64,000 bases of DNA, from the NCBI GenBank assembly GCA_022796195.1, contig JAAWIE010000004.1:165-64164 (forward strand), given 5' to 3'. Position 1 is the stretch's first letter, and each line of letters starts with the position of its first letter. A model generated the notes under the pieces. That model saw nothing but the letters and a program-made list of their open reading frames with translations, had not been told where the DNA came from and searched no databases. The stretch comes from Lawsonibacter sp. Lineage in GTDB: Bacteria; Bacillota; Clostridia; Oscillospirales; Oscillospiraceae. Below are positions 39,715 through 48,942 of the stretch, in pieces. Made by a program: the position numbers and the translations under genes.

Positions 39715-41142
39715 ATGGCAAAAACCACACGCATACAAGATCAGGTAAAAATTCGGGGCATCCGCCGCCGGTGGCTGGTGAACAGCGTTGCGATTGTGCT
39801 GTTGATTCTGGGGCTGGCAGTGGGCGCTTTTGCCGCCATGCTGGGCAGTTACTACTACAGCGGAACGGCGGACGACCTGACCCGCAAGGCTACCTCCTCC
39901 GCCAACGGTTTTCGGATGTACACCCGGTCAGACTATCGGGCCGCGGCTCAGCAGACGGTGAGCAGCTACGAGGATAAGGGCCGGTTGGAGCTGCAATTTT
40001 TGGATACCACAGGGGCAGTGCTGTTTTCCGGCAACGATCTGACCGCAGGCAGCACTCCCGGCACCCCGGACATTCAGCAGGCCCTGAACGAGCGGATCGC
40101 CCGACCCTGGAGAGGACGGGACCCCTCTACCGGCGAACGAATTATGGCCGCCTCCAGCCCAGTCATCTACCAAGGAGAGGTCGTAGGCGTCATCCGCTAT
40201 GTTACCTCTCTCTCAAGCATCGACCGGCAGTTTACCTTCTCCATGGTGGTCATCGCGGCCATTGGGCTGGGAATCTTCGCTATGGTCTACTTTTCCAACC
40301 TATATTTTGTCCGATCCATTGTGGAACCGCTGGCCAAAATTACTGAAATCGCTCAAGTCATTGCCGACGGCAGCTACGGCGTTCAGATCGAGAAGAAATA
40401 CGACGACGAAATTGGTGAACTGACCGACGCTATTAACGACATGTCCCTAAAAATCCGGCAGTCAGAAAAGACGCAGAGCGAATTTATCTCCTCTGTCTCC
40501 CACGAACTGCGCACCCCGCTCACCGCCATCACCGGCTGGGCGGAGACCATCCAAAACGGCGAGGCCCGTTCTGCCGACGATATCCGCAAAGGGATGAACA
40601 TCATCGTATCCGAGGCCCGAAGGCTGACTAACATGGTGGAAGAGCTGCTGGAGTTTTCCCGCATTGAAGATGGACGGTTCACCTTGTCGGTGGAACCGCT
40701 GGACCTGAAAGCGGAACTGGAGGACGCAGTTTACACCTATACCGAGTTCTTCCGGAAGGAGGGCATCGCCCTCACCTACTTTGACGGCCCAGAAGAACTG
40801 ATCCCCATTTCCGGCGACCCGGAACGGCTGCGGCAGGTGTTCTGCAATCTGCTGGACAATGCAGGCAAGCACGGCGGCGCAGGCAAACGCATCGACGTCT
40901 CAATCCGCCAGGAGGGAGACGAGGCGGTCATCCGGATCCGAGACTACGGACACGGCGTTCCGGAGGGAGAACTTCCTTATCTGAAGAACAAATTCTACAA
41001 GGGCAGTTCCAAGGCCCGCGGTTCCGGGATCGGCCTGGCGGTGTGCGAGGAAATCGTCACCCGCCACGAGGGCCGCCTGGACGTGAGCAACGCTGAGGGA
41101 GGCGGCTTTCTGGTCACCATCCGTCTGCCGGTTGAAATTTGA
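39715..41142 (+). CDS. HAMP-domain sensor histidine kinase
   Basis: Two TMs, HAMP, FISSVSHELRTPLT, NLLDNA, GSGIGL. Confidence 0.95.
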   Translation: MAKTTRIQDQVKIRGIRRRWLVNSVAIVLLILGLAVGAFAAMLGSYYYSGTADDLTRKATSSANGFRMYTRSDYRAAAQQTVSSYEDKGRLELQFLDTTGAVLFSGNDLTAGSTPGTPDIQQALNERIARPWRGRDPSTGERIMAASSPVIYQGEVVGVIRYVTSLSSIDRQFTFSMVVIAAIGLGIFAMVYFSNLYFVRSIVEPLAKITEIAQVIADGSYGVQIEKKYDDEIGELTDAINDMSLKIRQSEKTQSEFISSVSHELRTPLTAITGWAETIQNGEARSADDIRKGMNIIVSEARRLTNMVEELLEFSRIEDGRFTLSVEPLDLKAELEDAVYTYTEFFRKEGIALTYFDGPEELIPISGDPERLRQVFCNLLDNAGKHGGAGKRIDVSIRQEGDEAVIRIRDYGHGVPEGELPYLKNKFYKGSSKARGSGIGLAVCEEIVTRHEGRLDVSNAEGGGFLVTIRLPVEI

Positions 41143-41248
41143 GTCTTACTCTGTTACAATAGACTAAGTCCTGCATGAATCATGTCGAAACACTCAAACA
41201 ACAGGCCCGCAGAACCAGAGAATTAACCACATACCAAAGGAGTACCAA

Positions 41249-42208
41249 ATGCCAAAGCAAGAGCAGAAATTTAAAACCATGTGCGGCGGACAAGCCCTGA
41301 TTGAGGGCATTATGATGCGCGGCCCCAAAAAACAGGCGGTGGTGGTGCGCAAGCCGGATGGCGAGCTGGAAATTGAAGAAAAAGAGCTGAACTTAGTCAA
41401 GGACAAACATCCCATGCTGGGCTGGCCCCTCATACGGGGGGTGGTCAACTTCACCGACTCGATGTACAACGGGGTTACGGCGCTGATGTTTTCCGCCCAG
41501 TTTGCACCCGAGGAAGGCGAGGAGGAAGAACCCTCCAAATTTGAGGCATGGCTTGACCGCCGCCTAGGGAGCGAGAAGGCCGCTGCGTTTTTTACTACAC
41601 TGGCGGTTATCCTGGGGATGGCTATGTCCATTGGGCTGTTTTTCCTCCTGCCCACTCTGCTGGGAACGGCGGTAACCGTTCTGACCCCATCCATGCTAGC
41701 CCGCAACCTGGCCGAAAGCCTCTTAAAAATCCTGATTTTTGTCACTTATCTGGCCATCTGCTCCCGAATGGGAGAGATGCGGCGGGTTTTTTCCTACCAC
41801 GGCGCAGAACACAAGACCATCTTTTGCTACGAGGCCGGACTGCCTCTGACGGTGGAAAACGTGCGCAGACAGCCCCGGCACCACCCCCGGTGCGGGACCA
41901 GCTTTCTGTTCATGGTCATTGCCATTTCGATTGTCGTATCCACTGTAATCTTTGCTGTCTGGCCGGTTTATAACGCCTTTTTGCGCTTTTTAGCGCATCT
42001 GGCCATGCTTCCTCTCATTGTAGGGGTCAGCTATGAAATAAACCGCTGGGCCGGCCGTCACGACGGCCTGTTTACCCGCTTGTTCATCGCACCGGGACTG
42101 TGGCTGCAAAACTTTACCACCTTTGAACCGGACGACTCCATGATTGAGGTTGGAATTAAAGCCCTGGAACTGGTACTGCCGGAGAAAAAGGGCGAGGACG
42201 CATGGTGA
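41249..42208 (+). CDS. DUF1385 (YqhQ-like) membrane protein
   Basis: GGQALIEGIMMRG, YHGAEHK, HPRCGTSF, EPDD. Confidence 0.9.
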   Translation: MPKQEQKFKTMCGGQALIEGIMMRGPKKQAVVVRKPDGELEIEEKELNLVKDKHPMLGWPLIRGVVNFTDSMYNGVTALMFSAQFAPEEGEEEEPSKFEAWLDRRLGSEKAAAFFTTLAVILGMAMSIGLFFLLPTLLGTAVTVLTPSMLARNLAESLLKILIFVTYLAICSRMGEMRRVFSYHGAEHKTIFCYEAGLPLTVENVRRQPRHHPRCGTSFLFMVIAISIVVSTVIFAVWPVYNAFLRFLAHLAMLPLIVGVSYEINRWAGRHDGLFTRLFIAPGLWLQNFTTFEPDDSMIEVGIKALELVLPEKKGEDAW

Positions 42209-42280
42209 CGCTTGCTCTGCGGGGCGTCCAGGCATTACAAATGGTGAATGTTCCTTTAAAAATAACAGGAAGGTGATTCC

Positions 42281-43144
42281 ATGGCAACCACCTACAACAA
42301 CCTATTTTTGGATACCCGGTCCCGACTGAAAAAAGCTGGGGTGGAGTCCGCCCAGCTGGAGGCCCGGGAAATTATTTGCTTTGCCGCAGACAAGAGCCGG
42401 GAGCAGTTTTACCGGGATATGGCGCTCTACGTCTCCGCTGAGATGGAGCGCCGGGTGGAGGAACTGGTCCAGCGCCGTCTGTCGGGGGAACCGGTGGCCT
42501 ACATCATTGGCGAATGGGAGTTCTACGGCCTGTCGCTGGATATTTCCCGCGATGTACTCATCCCCCGGCTGGACACGGAGCTGCTGGCAGAACGGGGCAT
42601 CCTCAAAGCACGGGAGTCCGGGGACGGCGCCCGTGTGCTGGATCTGTGCGCCGGAAGCGGGTGCGTCGGTCTGGCGATTGCCGCCAACGCACCCGAGTGC
42701 CGGGTGGTGCTGGGCGAGCTGTCTGAAGGCGCCTTGCGGGTGTGCAAGCAGAATGTCCGCCGCAACGAGCTGAACGCCCGGGTTACCTGCCTTGCAGTCA
42801 ACGCTTTAGAGGCCCCCAGCTCTACCCTGTGGGATTTTGACGCGATTGTGTGCAACCCGCCCTACATCCCCAGCCGGGATATCGACGGCTTGGATATTTC
42901 CGTGAAAGACTACGAACCGCACATGGCTCTGGATGGCGGCAGCGATGGATTGGATTACTACCATGCGGTGGCCGCTAAGTGGAAATCCGCCCTCCGGCTT
43001 GGTGGTACCCTAATCTTCGAGGTAGGGTTAGGACAGGCCGCCGCCGTGGAGAAAATCTTGGACCAAAACGGCTACGAGGACATCAAGGTTCTCCCCGATA
43101 CCCAGAACATCTTGCGGGTAGTGGAGGGGACGGTTAATAACTGA
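42281..43144 (+). CDS. prmC: Release factor glutamine methyltransferase
   Basis: EPVAYIIG, VLIPR..TE, LDLCAGSG, NPPYI, ALDGG.DGL. Confidence 0.95.
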   Translation: MATTYNNLFLDTRSRLKKAGVESAQLEAREIICFAADKSREQFYRDMALYVSAEMERRVEELVQRRLSGEPVAYIIGEWEFYGLSLDISRDVLIPRLDTELLAERGILKARESGDGARVLDLCAGSGCVGLAIAANAPECRVVLGELSEGALRVCKQNVRRNELNARVTCLAVNALEAPSSTLWDFDAIVCNPPYIPSRDIDGLDISVKDYEPHMALDGGSDGLDYYHAVAAKWKSALRLGGTLIFEVGLGQAAAVEKILDQNGYEDIKVLPDTQNILRVVEGTVNN

Positions 43145-43242
43145 GTCCTGCAAAAGTCCGTTTTATCGGACAGGTCAAAGCGTAATATATGGGACAGTAA
43201 GAGGCCGGGGCGACAGCCTTCCGGCAGGAAAGGATGTTTGAC

Positions 43243-44388
43243 ATGGCACAGAAGAAACCCATGATCGAGCCGGCCAGTCCGGCCGCAGATAAAAAAAAGG
43301 CGCTGGAAACCTGTCTGGCTCAGCTGGACAAGACCTATGGAAAGGGCACCGTCATGCGTCTAGGGGAGAACACCGGCGTCGTGGTGGACTCCATTCCCAC
43401 CGGCTCCCTGTCTCTAGATATCGCGCTTGGCATCGGCGGCATACCCAAAGGCCGCATTATTGAGATCTATGGCCCGGAGTCCTCCGGTAAAACTACCCTG
43501 GCGCTCCATATCGTGGCCGAGGCCCAGAAACGGGGGGGCGAAGTGGCCTTCATCGACGCAGAACACGCCCTGGATCCCAGTTACGCGCGGGCTCTGGGGG
43601 TAAATATTGACTCCATGCTTATCTCCCAGCCGGACACCGGCGAGCAGGGATTGGAAATCTGCGAGGCTCTGGTTCGTTCCGGCGCGCTTGATGTGGTCGT
43701 GGTGGACTCGGTGGCCGCCCTCACCCCCCGGGCAGAGATCGAGGGCGACATGGGCGACAGCCATGTGGGTCTGCTGGCCCGGCTGATGAGCCAGGCGCTG
43801 CGCAAGCTGGCCGGTTCTATTGCAAAGACCAACTGCATTGTCATCTTTATCAACCAGCTCCGGGAAAAGGTGGGTGTGATGTATGGCAATCCTGAGGTCA
43901 CCACGGGCGGACGCGCGCTGAAATTCTATGCCTCTGTTCGGATTGACATCCGCAAGGTGGACACCATCAAATCGGGCACAGAGATCATCGGCAGCCGTAC
44001 CCGTGCCAAAGTTGTCAAAAATAAGGTTGCGCCCCCCTTCCGAGAGGCCGAATTTGAGATTCTCTATGGCGAGGGCATCTCCAAATGGGGCGAGATGGTG
44101 GACTTGGCTGTCAAGCTGGACGTCATCCAGAAATCCGGCTCCTGGTTCTCCATGGGTGAAACCCGTATCGGCCAGGGCCGGGACTCCGCCAAACAGTTTT
44201 TAAAGGACAACCCCGAGGCCGCCGCTGAGATAGAGGCCCAAATCCGGGCCAATGCCTTCAAGCTGATGAGCAAGCAGTCCCAAATTGCCGCCAAGGCCGC
44301 AGGCCGTGCGGTGGACGTGTCTGCTGACGATTTTGACGACGGCGGCGAGATTCCGGAGGATGCAAAGGCCCCGGTGGACGAGGCATAA
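43243..44388 (+). CDS. recA: Recombinase RecA
   Basis: [35 protein letters not shown]. Confidence 0.98.
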   Translation: MAQKKPMIEPASPAADKKKALETCLAQLDKTYGKGTVMRLGENTGVVVDSIPTGSLSLDIALGIGGIPKGRIIEIYGPESSGKTTLALHIVAEAQKRGGEVAFIDAEHALDPSYARALGVNIDSMLISQPDTGEQGLEICEALVRSGALDVVVVDSVAALTPRAEIEGDMGDSHVGLLARLMSQALRKLAGSIAKTNCIVIFINQLREKVGVMYGNPEVTTGGRALKFYASVRIDIRKVDTIKSGTEIIGSRTRAKVVKNKVAPPFREAEFEILYGEGISKWGEMVDLAVKLDVIQKSGSWFSMGETRIGQGRDSAKQFLKDNPEAAAEIEAQIRANAFKLMSKQSQIAAKAAGRAVDVSADDFDDGGEIPEDAKAPVDEA

Positions 44389-45003
44389 ATGGTAATTGAA
44401 GAATTGAAGCCCTCCAAACATGTGGAGGGCCGGTGGCTGGCGGTGCTGGAGGACGGTTCGATCCTGCGCATCGGCGAGAGCGAGGTAGTAAACTTTGCTC
44501 TTTACAGCGGAAAAGAGCTGTCGGAAGACGAGGCAGACCTTCTCCAGGCGTCCGCCCGCCGCAGCGGTTTGAAGACGAAAGCCATTGAACTGCTGATGCG
44601 AAAACCCCAGTCCCGAAAGGAACTGGGGCGGAAGCTGGCGGAGTGGGAGGCAGCTCCGGAAGAGGCGGAGGCCATTTGCGACCGGATGGAGGAACTGGGC
44701 TACCTGAATGAGCCAGAATACGCAAGCCGCATTGTCCGCCACTATGCTCAGAAGGGGTTCGGGGCACGGAAAATTCGGGACGAACTCTACCGCCGGGGAA
44801 TTCCTCGGGAACTTTGGGATGAGGCTATGGCCCAAATTGAGGATAATTCCCCCGCTATTGACGCCTTTCTTGAGAAAAAATTGAAGGGCAGCCACGACCC
44901 AAAGGATATCAAAAAAGCGTCCGACGCTCTGGCCCGCCGGGGTTTTTCCTGGTCTGAAATCAGCGACGCCCTCCGGCGTTACGGCATGGAGATCTGGGAT
45001 TAG
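44389..45003 (+). CDS. recX: Regulatory protein RecX
   Basis: Directly after recA; S.KEL..KL, GYLNE..YA, IRDELYRRGI, LARRGF. Confidence 0.9.
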   Translation: MVIEELKPSKHVEGRWLAVLEDGSILRIGESEVVNFALYSGKELSEDEADLLQASARRSGLKTKAIELLMRKPQSRKELGRKLAEWEAAPEEAEAICDRMEELGYLNEPEYASRIVRHYAQKGFGARKIRDELYRRGIPRELWDEAMAQIEDNSPAIDAFLEKKLKGSHDPKDIKKASDALARRGFSWSEISDALRRYGMEIWD

Positions 45004-45254
45004 CTGCCCAGCACCTCTGTCATAAAACGATGGCCGATCCGCAATGTTTGGGCAAACACTGCAACGTCCTGCCGGTGAAAGACATCCGCTTCCGCACACT
45101 GATACTGGTACAGAAGCTCTTCCCCGATCTTCTCTTTCACCTTTTCCTCTAGTTCTATGTACAGCTGGAATGCCTGCTCATATTCGGGGTCGTTTTGTAT
45201 GTTTGGTGTATGTTCTGCGATGTAATTGTAAAGTTCAGACAATAATCGTTTCAT
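45000..45254 (-). CDS. Small helical protein, DUF6809-like
   Basis: AAGGGGG RBS and consensus promoter upstream; LSELY start and F....RIG..F..E end recall DUF6809; family call tentative. Confidence 0.55.
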   Translation of the reverse strand: MKRLLSELYNYIAEHTPNIQNDPEYEQAFQLYIELEEKVKEKIGEELLYQYQCAEADVFHRQDVAVFAQTLRIGHRFMTEVLGS

Positions 45255-45271
45255 AGTGCACCCCCTTATTT

Positions 45272-45317
45272 TGTACCTTATAGTAGAATTATAACTCTAC
45301 TATAAGGTACATGTCAA
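45272..45317. promoter_or_regulatory. 40-bp palindromic operator overlapping a consensus sigma-A promoter
   Basis: TGTACCTTATAGTAGA-attataac-TCTACTATAAGGTACA (45272-45311, perfect 16-bp arms); minus strand TTGACA(45317-45312)-N18-TATAAT(45293-45288). Confidence 0.8.
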
Positions 45318-45325
45318 GAGGTATT

Positions 45326-45568
45326 ATGGAAAATAAACATGTTTTTGGAACTCGTGTCCTGGAACAGAGAAAGAAAATTAGGTTGAGCCAGGAAGAACTT
45401 GGTGCTAAAATTGGTCTTACACACAAAGCGATCAGCACCATTGAGAGCGGAAGACGAAGCACCAGCCTTGATAAGCTGGTAGAATTGGCATACACTTTTC
45501 GTGTTTCAACCGACTACCTCCTCGGCATCACCGACGACCCCTCCTGGCGGGGAACGACGGAGGACTAA
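45326..45568 (+). CDS. XRE-family HTH transcriptional regulator
   Basis: RKKIRLSQEELGAKIGL...ISTIESG...LA..FRVSTDYLLG; start could be 45311. Confidence 0.9.
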   Translation: MENKHVFGTRVLEQRKKIRLSQEELGAKIGLTHKAISTIESGRRSTSLDKLVELAYTFRVSTDYLLGITDDPSWRGTTED

Positions 45569-45570
45569 CC

Positions 45571-45703
45571 AAGCCTTCCCCCTTTGGGGGAAGGTGCCCC
45601 AGTGCGCACACTGGGGCGGATGAGGGATACCGCAGCACCAGAAAACCCAGATCCCTCATCCGTCACGGCTCCGCCGTGCCACCTTCCCCAAAGGGGAAGG
45701 CTT
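45571..45703. repeat. Inverted doublet of double-hairpin repeats (family A)
   Basis: 45571-45628 aagccttccccctttgggggaaggtgccccagt...actggggcggatgagggat and 45651-45703, whose reverse complement is aagccttcccctttggggaaggtggcacggcggagccgtgacggatgagggat. Confidence 0.85.
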
Positions 45704-45739
45704 TGTCCTGCGGGGGGACGAGGGAAGGAGACAACAGCC

Positions 45740-46396
45740 ATGGACCAATGGCGAAACCGGATTCCTGACAACATTGCCTGTAAATATGAGTTTTACAACT
45801 TCAACAGCGCACTAGAAATTCTAACCCAGAGCTATCCGGAAGAGTTTGGCGAAATCGTTCGGACTTTGGAGAGCTTTGAGATAAAATTGGACGATATTCT
45901 GGAAAAAGGCGGCAATGAATCCAATATCCCAAAGAAACTGAACGAACTGCTCCGGCCGCTGGGCTGGAAAGAAATTGAAATCGCAGGAGACCTGGTCGTC
46001 CGGCTTCTGGAGGGGAAAAAACGGAAGGAAGTTTACCGAGAGTTTGCCCTGAAGGAATTTATCAGCGGCCATAAAATCGACTACGTCAAAGGCGATGTGG
46101 CAATTGATATGGAGTGGAACAGCAAAGACCAGACCTTCGACCGGGATTTATACGCCTTCCGCACATTTTATGAGTGCGGCGTGATTACCTGCGGTGTGAT
46201 TATTACCCGCAGCGAATCCATGAACCGGATATTTTCCGCCTTGGGAAACCATGTAAAAAAGAAATATGGAGCAAGCACCACTTGGATGGGCAAGCTCCTG
46301 CCCCGTATTCACGCCCGCCGGCATGGCGGCTGCCCGCTGCTGGTCGTGGGGCTGACGCCAGATACGGTGTCTGACTGGAAAGGTGAGATATCATGA
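45740..46396 (+). CDS. BglII/BstYI-family type II restriction endonuclease-like protein
   Basis: HKIDYVKGDVAIDMEWNSKD catalytic-like segment, FDRDL..FR, GVIITR; AAGGAG RBS before MDQW; coupled to a methyltransferase. Confidence 0.75.
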   Translation: MDQWRNRIPDNIACKYEFYNFNSALEILTQSYPEEFGEIVRTLESFEIKLDDILEKGGNESNIPKKLNELLRPLGWKEIEIAGDLVVRLLEGKKRKEVYREFALKEFISGHKIDYVKGDVAIDMEWNSKDQTFDRDLYAFRTFYECGVITCGVIITRSESMNRIFSALGNHVKKKYGASTTWMGKLLPRIHARRHGGCPLLVVGLTPDTVSDWKGEIS

Positions 46397-47043
46397 CAAT
46401 AAAGGACACCGCCTACCACAAAACACATGATTTAATTCAGTTTTGTGCCGGAAAACAGTTCAAAACGATTCTGGCGGATCCCCCGTGGCAATTTCAGAAC
46501 CGCACCGGAAAAATGGCCCCTGAACACAAACGGCTGAATCGCTACCCCACAATGAAACTGGACGAAATCAAACAGCTGCCTGTAAGCGAGGTAGCCCAGG
46601 AGCACAGCCACCTATATCTGTGGGTACCCAACGCCCTGCTTCCAGAGGGCCTGGAAGTCATGAAATCTTGGGGATTTCAGTACAAAACCAATCTTATTTG
46701 GGAAAAAGTCCGAAAGGATGGCGGCCCGGATGGACGCGGTGTGGGCTTCTATTTCCGAAATGTGACGGAAATACTGCTCTTTGGCGTGAGAGGAGGCAAC
46801 ATCCGAACGCTGGCCCCTGCGCGAACGCAGGTGAATCTTGTGCGCGCACAAAAACGAGAACATTCCCGCAAGCCGGATGAAATGATTGACTTGATTGAGG
46901 CATGCAGTCCGGGGCCCTACCTGGAGCTGTTCGCCCGGGGGGCGCGGGAAGGGTGGACCCTCTGGGGCAATCAAGCCAACGAGGAGTATGAGCCCGATTG
47001 GCCCACCTATACCGCCGGGGAAGGGCAGTCCATTGCACTGTAA
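46393..47043 (+). CDS. MT-A70 family adenine methyltransferase
   Basis: ILADPPW, YPTM, LYLWV, WGFQYKT, GVGFYFRN.TE, HSRKP, LELFAR, WGNQ; ATGA overlap with nuclease. Confidence 0.92.
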   Translation: MTIKDTAYHKTHDLIQFCAGKQFKTILADPPWQFQNRTGKMAPEHKRLNRYPTMKLDEIKQLPVSEVAQEHSHLYLWVPNALLPEGLEVMKSWGFQYKTNLIWEKVRKDGGPDGRGVGFYFRNVTEILLFGVRGGNIRTLAPARTQVNLVRAQKREHSRKPDEMIDLIEACSPGPYLELFARGAREGWTLWGNQANEEYEPDWPTYTAGEGQSIAL

Positions 47044-47074
47044 ACAAAAAACTTTTTGAAAATGGAGCGATAGC

Positions 47075-48400
47075 ATGGCATATAAAGTTGCGTTTATCTC
47101 CCTTGGCTGTGCCAAGAATTTGGTAAACACCGAACAAATGATGGCGCTTTGCCAAAAGGCCGGGCATATTGTCACCGGCGAGGCTTCGGGGGCCGATGTG
47201 GCGGTATTGAACACCTGCGGGTTTATCGAATCGGCTCAGAGCGAGGCCATCGACAACATCATTGAGCTGGGAGAGCTGAAAAAGGCCGGAACACTGAAAA
47301 AACTGCTGGTAGCCGGCTGTCTCAGTCAGCGTTACCCCGAAGAAATCCCGAAAGAACTGCCCGAGGTGGACGGCCTTCTGGGTACCGGGAGCTACACGGA
47401 AGTCGTTTCCGCCGTAGAACAGCTGATGGCGGGAGAAAATCCGGAATATTTCGGCGACATCCACCGTACCTATGAAGACGGTGAGCGGCTGGTGACCACT
47501 CCGCCCTACACCGCCTACTTGAAAATCGCCGAAGGGTGCAGCAATGGCTGTGCCTTCTGTATTATCCCCAAACTGCGGGGCAAATACCGCAGCCGCTCTC
47601 TGGCTGCTTTGCTGGACGAAGCCAAACAGCTGGCCGCTTCCGGGGTTAAGGAATTGATTGTCATTGCTCAGGACATCACCCGGTACGGCCTTGACCTGGA
47701 GGAACCAACCTCTCTGGCCCAGCTGGTGCGGGAACTGTGCAAACTGGACTTCCACTGGATTCGTCTGCACTACCTCTACCCGGAAGCGATTACCGATGAA
47801 CTGATTGGGGTGATCGCCTCCGAACCGAAAGTACTCCACTATTTGGATATCCCCATCCAGCACTGCAACGATGGCATTTTGGCTCGAATGCGCCGGCGGA
47901 ACACAAAATCAGAACTGATCTCCCTGTTTCAGAAACTGAGAGACGCCATGTCCGATGTGGTACTGCGGACTTCGCTGATCTGCGGACTCCCCGGCGAGGG
48001 GGAGGCGGAGTTCGAAGAGCTGTGCCAGTTCCTGCGGGAACAGAAGCTCCAGCGGGTGGGCGTGTTCCAGTTCTCCCCGGAAGCGGGCACTCTAGCCGCC
48101 GCCATGGAGGACCAGGTGGACCCCGACACCGCCGCCCGCCGGGTGGAGCTTTTGGTGGACCTCCAGTCCCGTATTATGGATGCGTACCATGAAGAACGGT
48201 TGGGGTCCGTGATGGAGGTGCTGTGCGAGGGCTTTGACCGCAACGAAGGCTGCTATGTGGGACGCACCTATGCTGACTCGGTGGACATCGACGGGCGTGT
48301 GCTGTTTACCGCCGCCGGGCTGGTCCCCGCAGGAGAGTTTGTTCAGGTGCGCATTACCGGCGTCTCCGACGGGGACTTGACCGGCGAGATTGAGGAGTGA
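47075..48400 (+). CDS. rimO: Ribosomal protein S12 methylthiotransferase
   Basis: SLGCAKNLV, NTCGFI, KIAEGCSNGCAFCIIP, C-terminal TRAM. Confidence 0.95.
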   Translation: MAYKVAFISLGCAKNLVNTEQMMALCQKAGHIVTGEASGADVAVLNTCGFIESAQSEAIDNIIELGELKKAGTLKKLLVAGCLSQRYPEEIPKELPEVDGLLGTGSYTEVVSAVEQLMAGENPEYFGDIHRTYEDGERLVTTPPYTAYLKIAEGCSNGCAFCIIPKLRGKYRSRSLAALLDEAKQLAASGVKELIVIAQDITRYGLDLEEPTSLAQLVRELCKLDFHWIRLHYLYPEAITDELIGVIASEPKVLHYLDIPIQHCNDGILARMRRRNTKSELISLFQKLRDAMSDVVLRTSLICGLPGEGEAEFEELCQFLREQKLQRVGVFQFSPEAGTLAAAMEDQVDPDTAARRVELLVDLQSRIMDAYHEERLGSVMEVLCEGFDRNEGCYVGRTYADSVDIDGRVLFTAAGLVPAGEFVQVRITGVSDGDLTGEIEE

Positions 48401-48406
48401 ATGACC

Positions 48407-48931
48407 ATGAATACCGCTAACAAGCTTACCATCCTGCGGGTGGTGATGATTCCCGCTTTTCTGCTGGTGCTGTACCTAAACGTGCCCCATGCCAACTATT
48501 GGGCCCTGGTCATCTTTGCCGCCGCCAGCATTACCGATACTCTGGACGGCTACATCGCCCGGCACTATAACCAGATCACCGATTTCGGCAAATTTATGGA
48601 TCCCTTGGCAGACAAATGTCTGGTCACCGCCGCTATGCTGTGGTTTGTGGAGGCCGGCCAGATGCCGGCTTGGGCTCTTCTGATCGTAATCGTCCGGGAG
48701 TTCGCCGTATCCGGCCTGCGGATGGTGGCCGCTGACAGCGGACGGGTCATTGCCGCCGGCTGGTCGGGCAAAGTGAAAACTGCCGCCTCTATGGTGTGCA
48801 TTATCCTCATGCTTCTGCCCCTGCCGGCCATTGTCAGCCAGATTTGCACCGCAGTGATTGTCCTGACCACAATTTACTCCGGTGTGGAATACTTTATGAA
48901 AAACGCGGACATTCTGGCCGAGGTAAAGTAA
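48407..48931 (+). CDS. pgsA: CDP-diacylglycerol--glycerol-3-phosphate 3-phosphatidyltransferase
   Basis: NKLTILR, TDTLDGYIAR...TDFGKFMDPLADK. Confidence 0.95.
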   Translation: MNTANKLTILRVVMIPAFLLVLYLNVPHANYWALVIFAAASITDTLDGYIARHYNQITDFGKFMDPLADKCLVTAAMLWFVEAGQMPAWALLIVIVREFAVSGLRMVAADSGRVIAAGWSGKVKTAASMVCIILMLLPLPAIVSQICTAVIVLTTIYSGVEYFMKNADILAEVK

Positions 48932-48942
48932 GGAGAAGGTTC

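Noticed and set aside
43145-43242. LexA/SOS box upstream of recA
   Set aside because: No GAAC-N4-GTTC found; the GAAC...GTTC near 2174 has an 8-nt spacer
45571-45703. Possible CRISPR array or tRNA
   Set aside because: Only two units, inverted rather than direct, no spacer series, no cas genes, no cloverleaf
45584-45739. N-terminal extension of the nuclease ORF and minus ORF 45565-45774
   Set aside because: Translation of the repeat doublet; real start has its own RBS at 45740
45740-46396. Assigning AGATCT or RGATCY specificity to the nuclease
   Set aside because: Family membership does not fix the target; site counts in one window are uninformative
45000-47074. Prophage or IS origin for the cassette
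   Set aside because: No integrase, transposase, terminal repeats or target duplication seen
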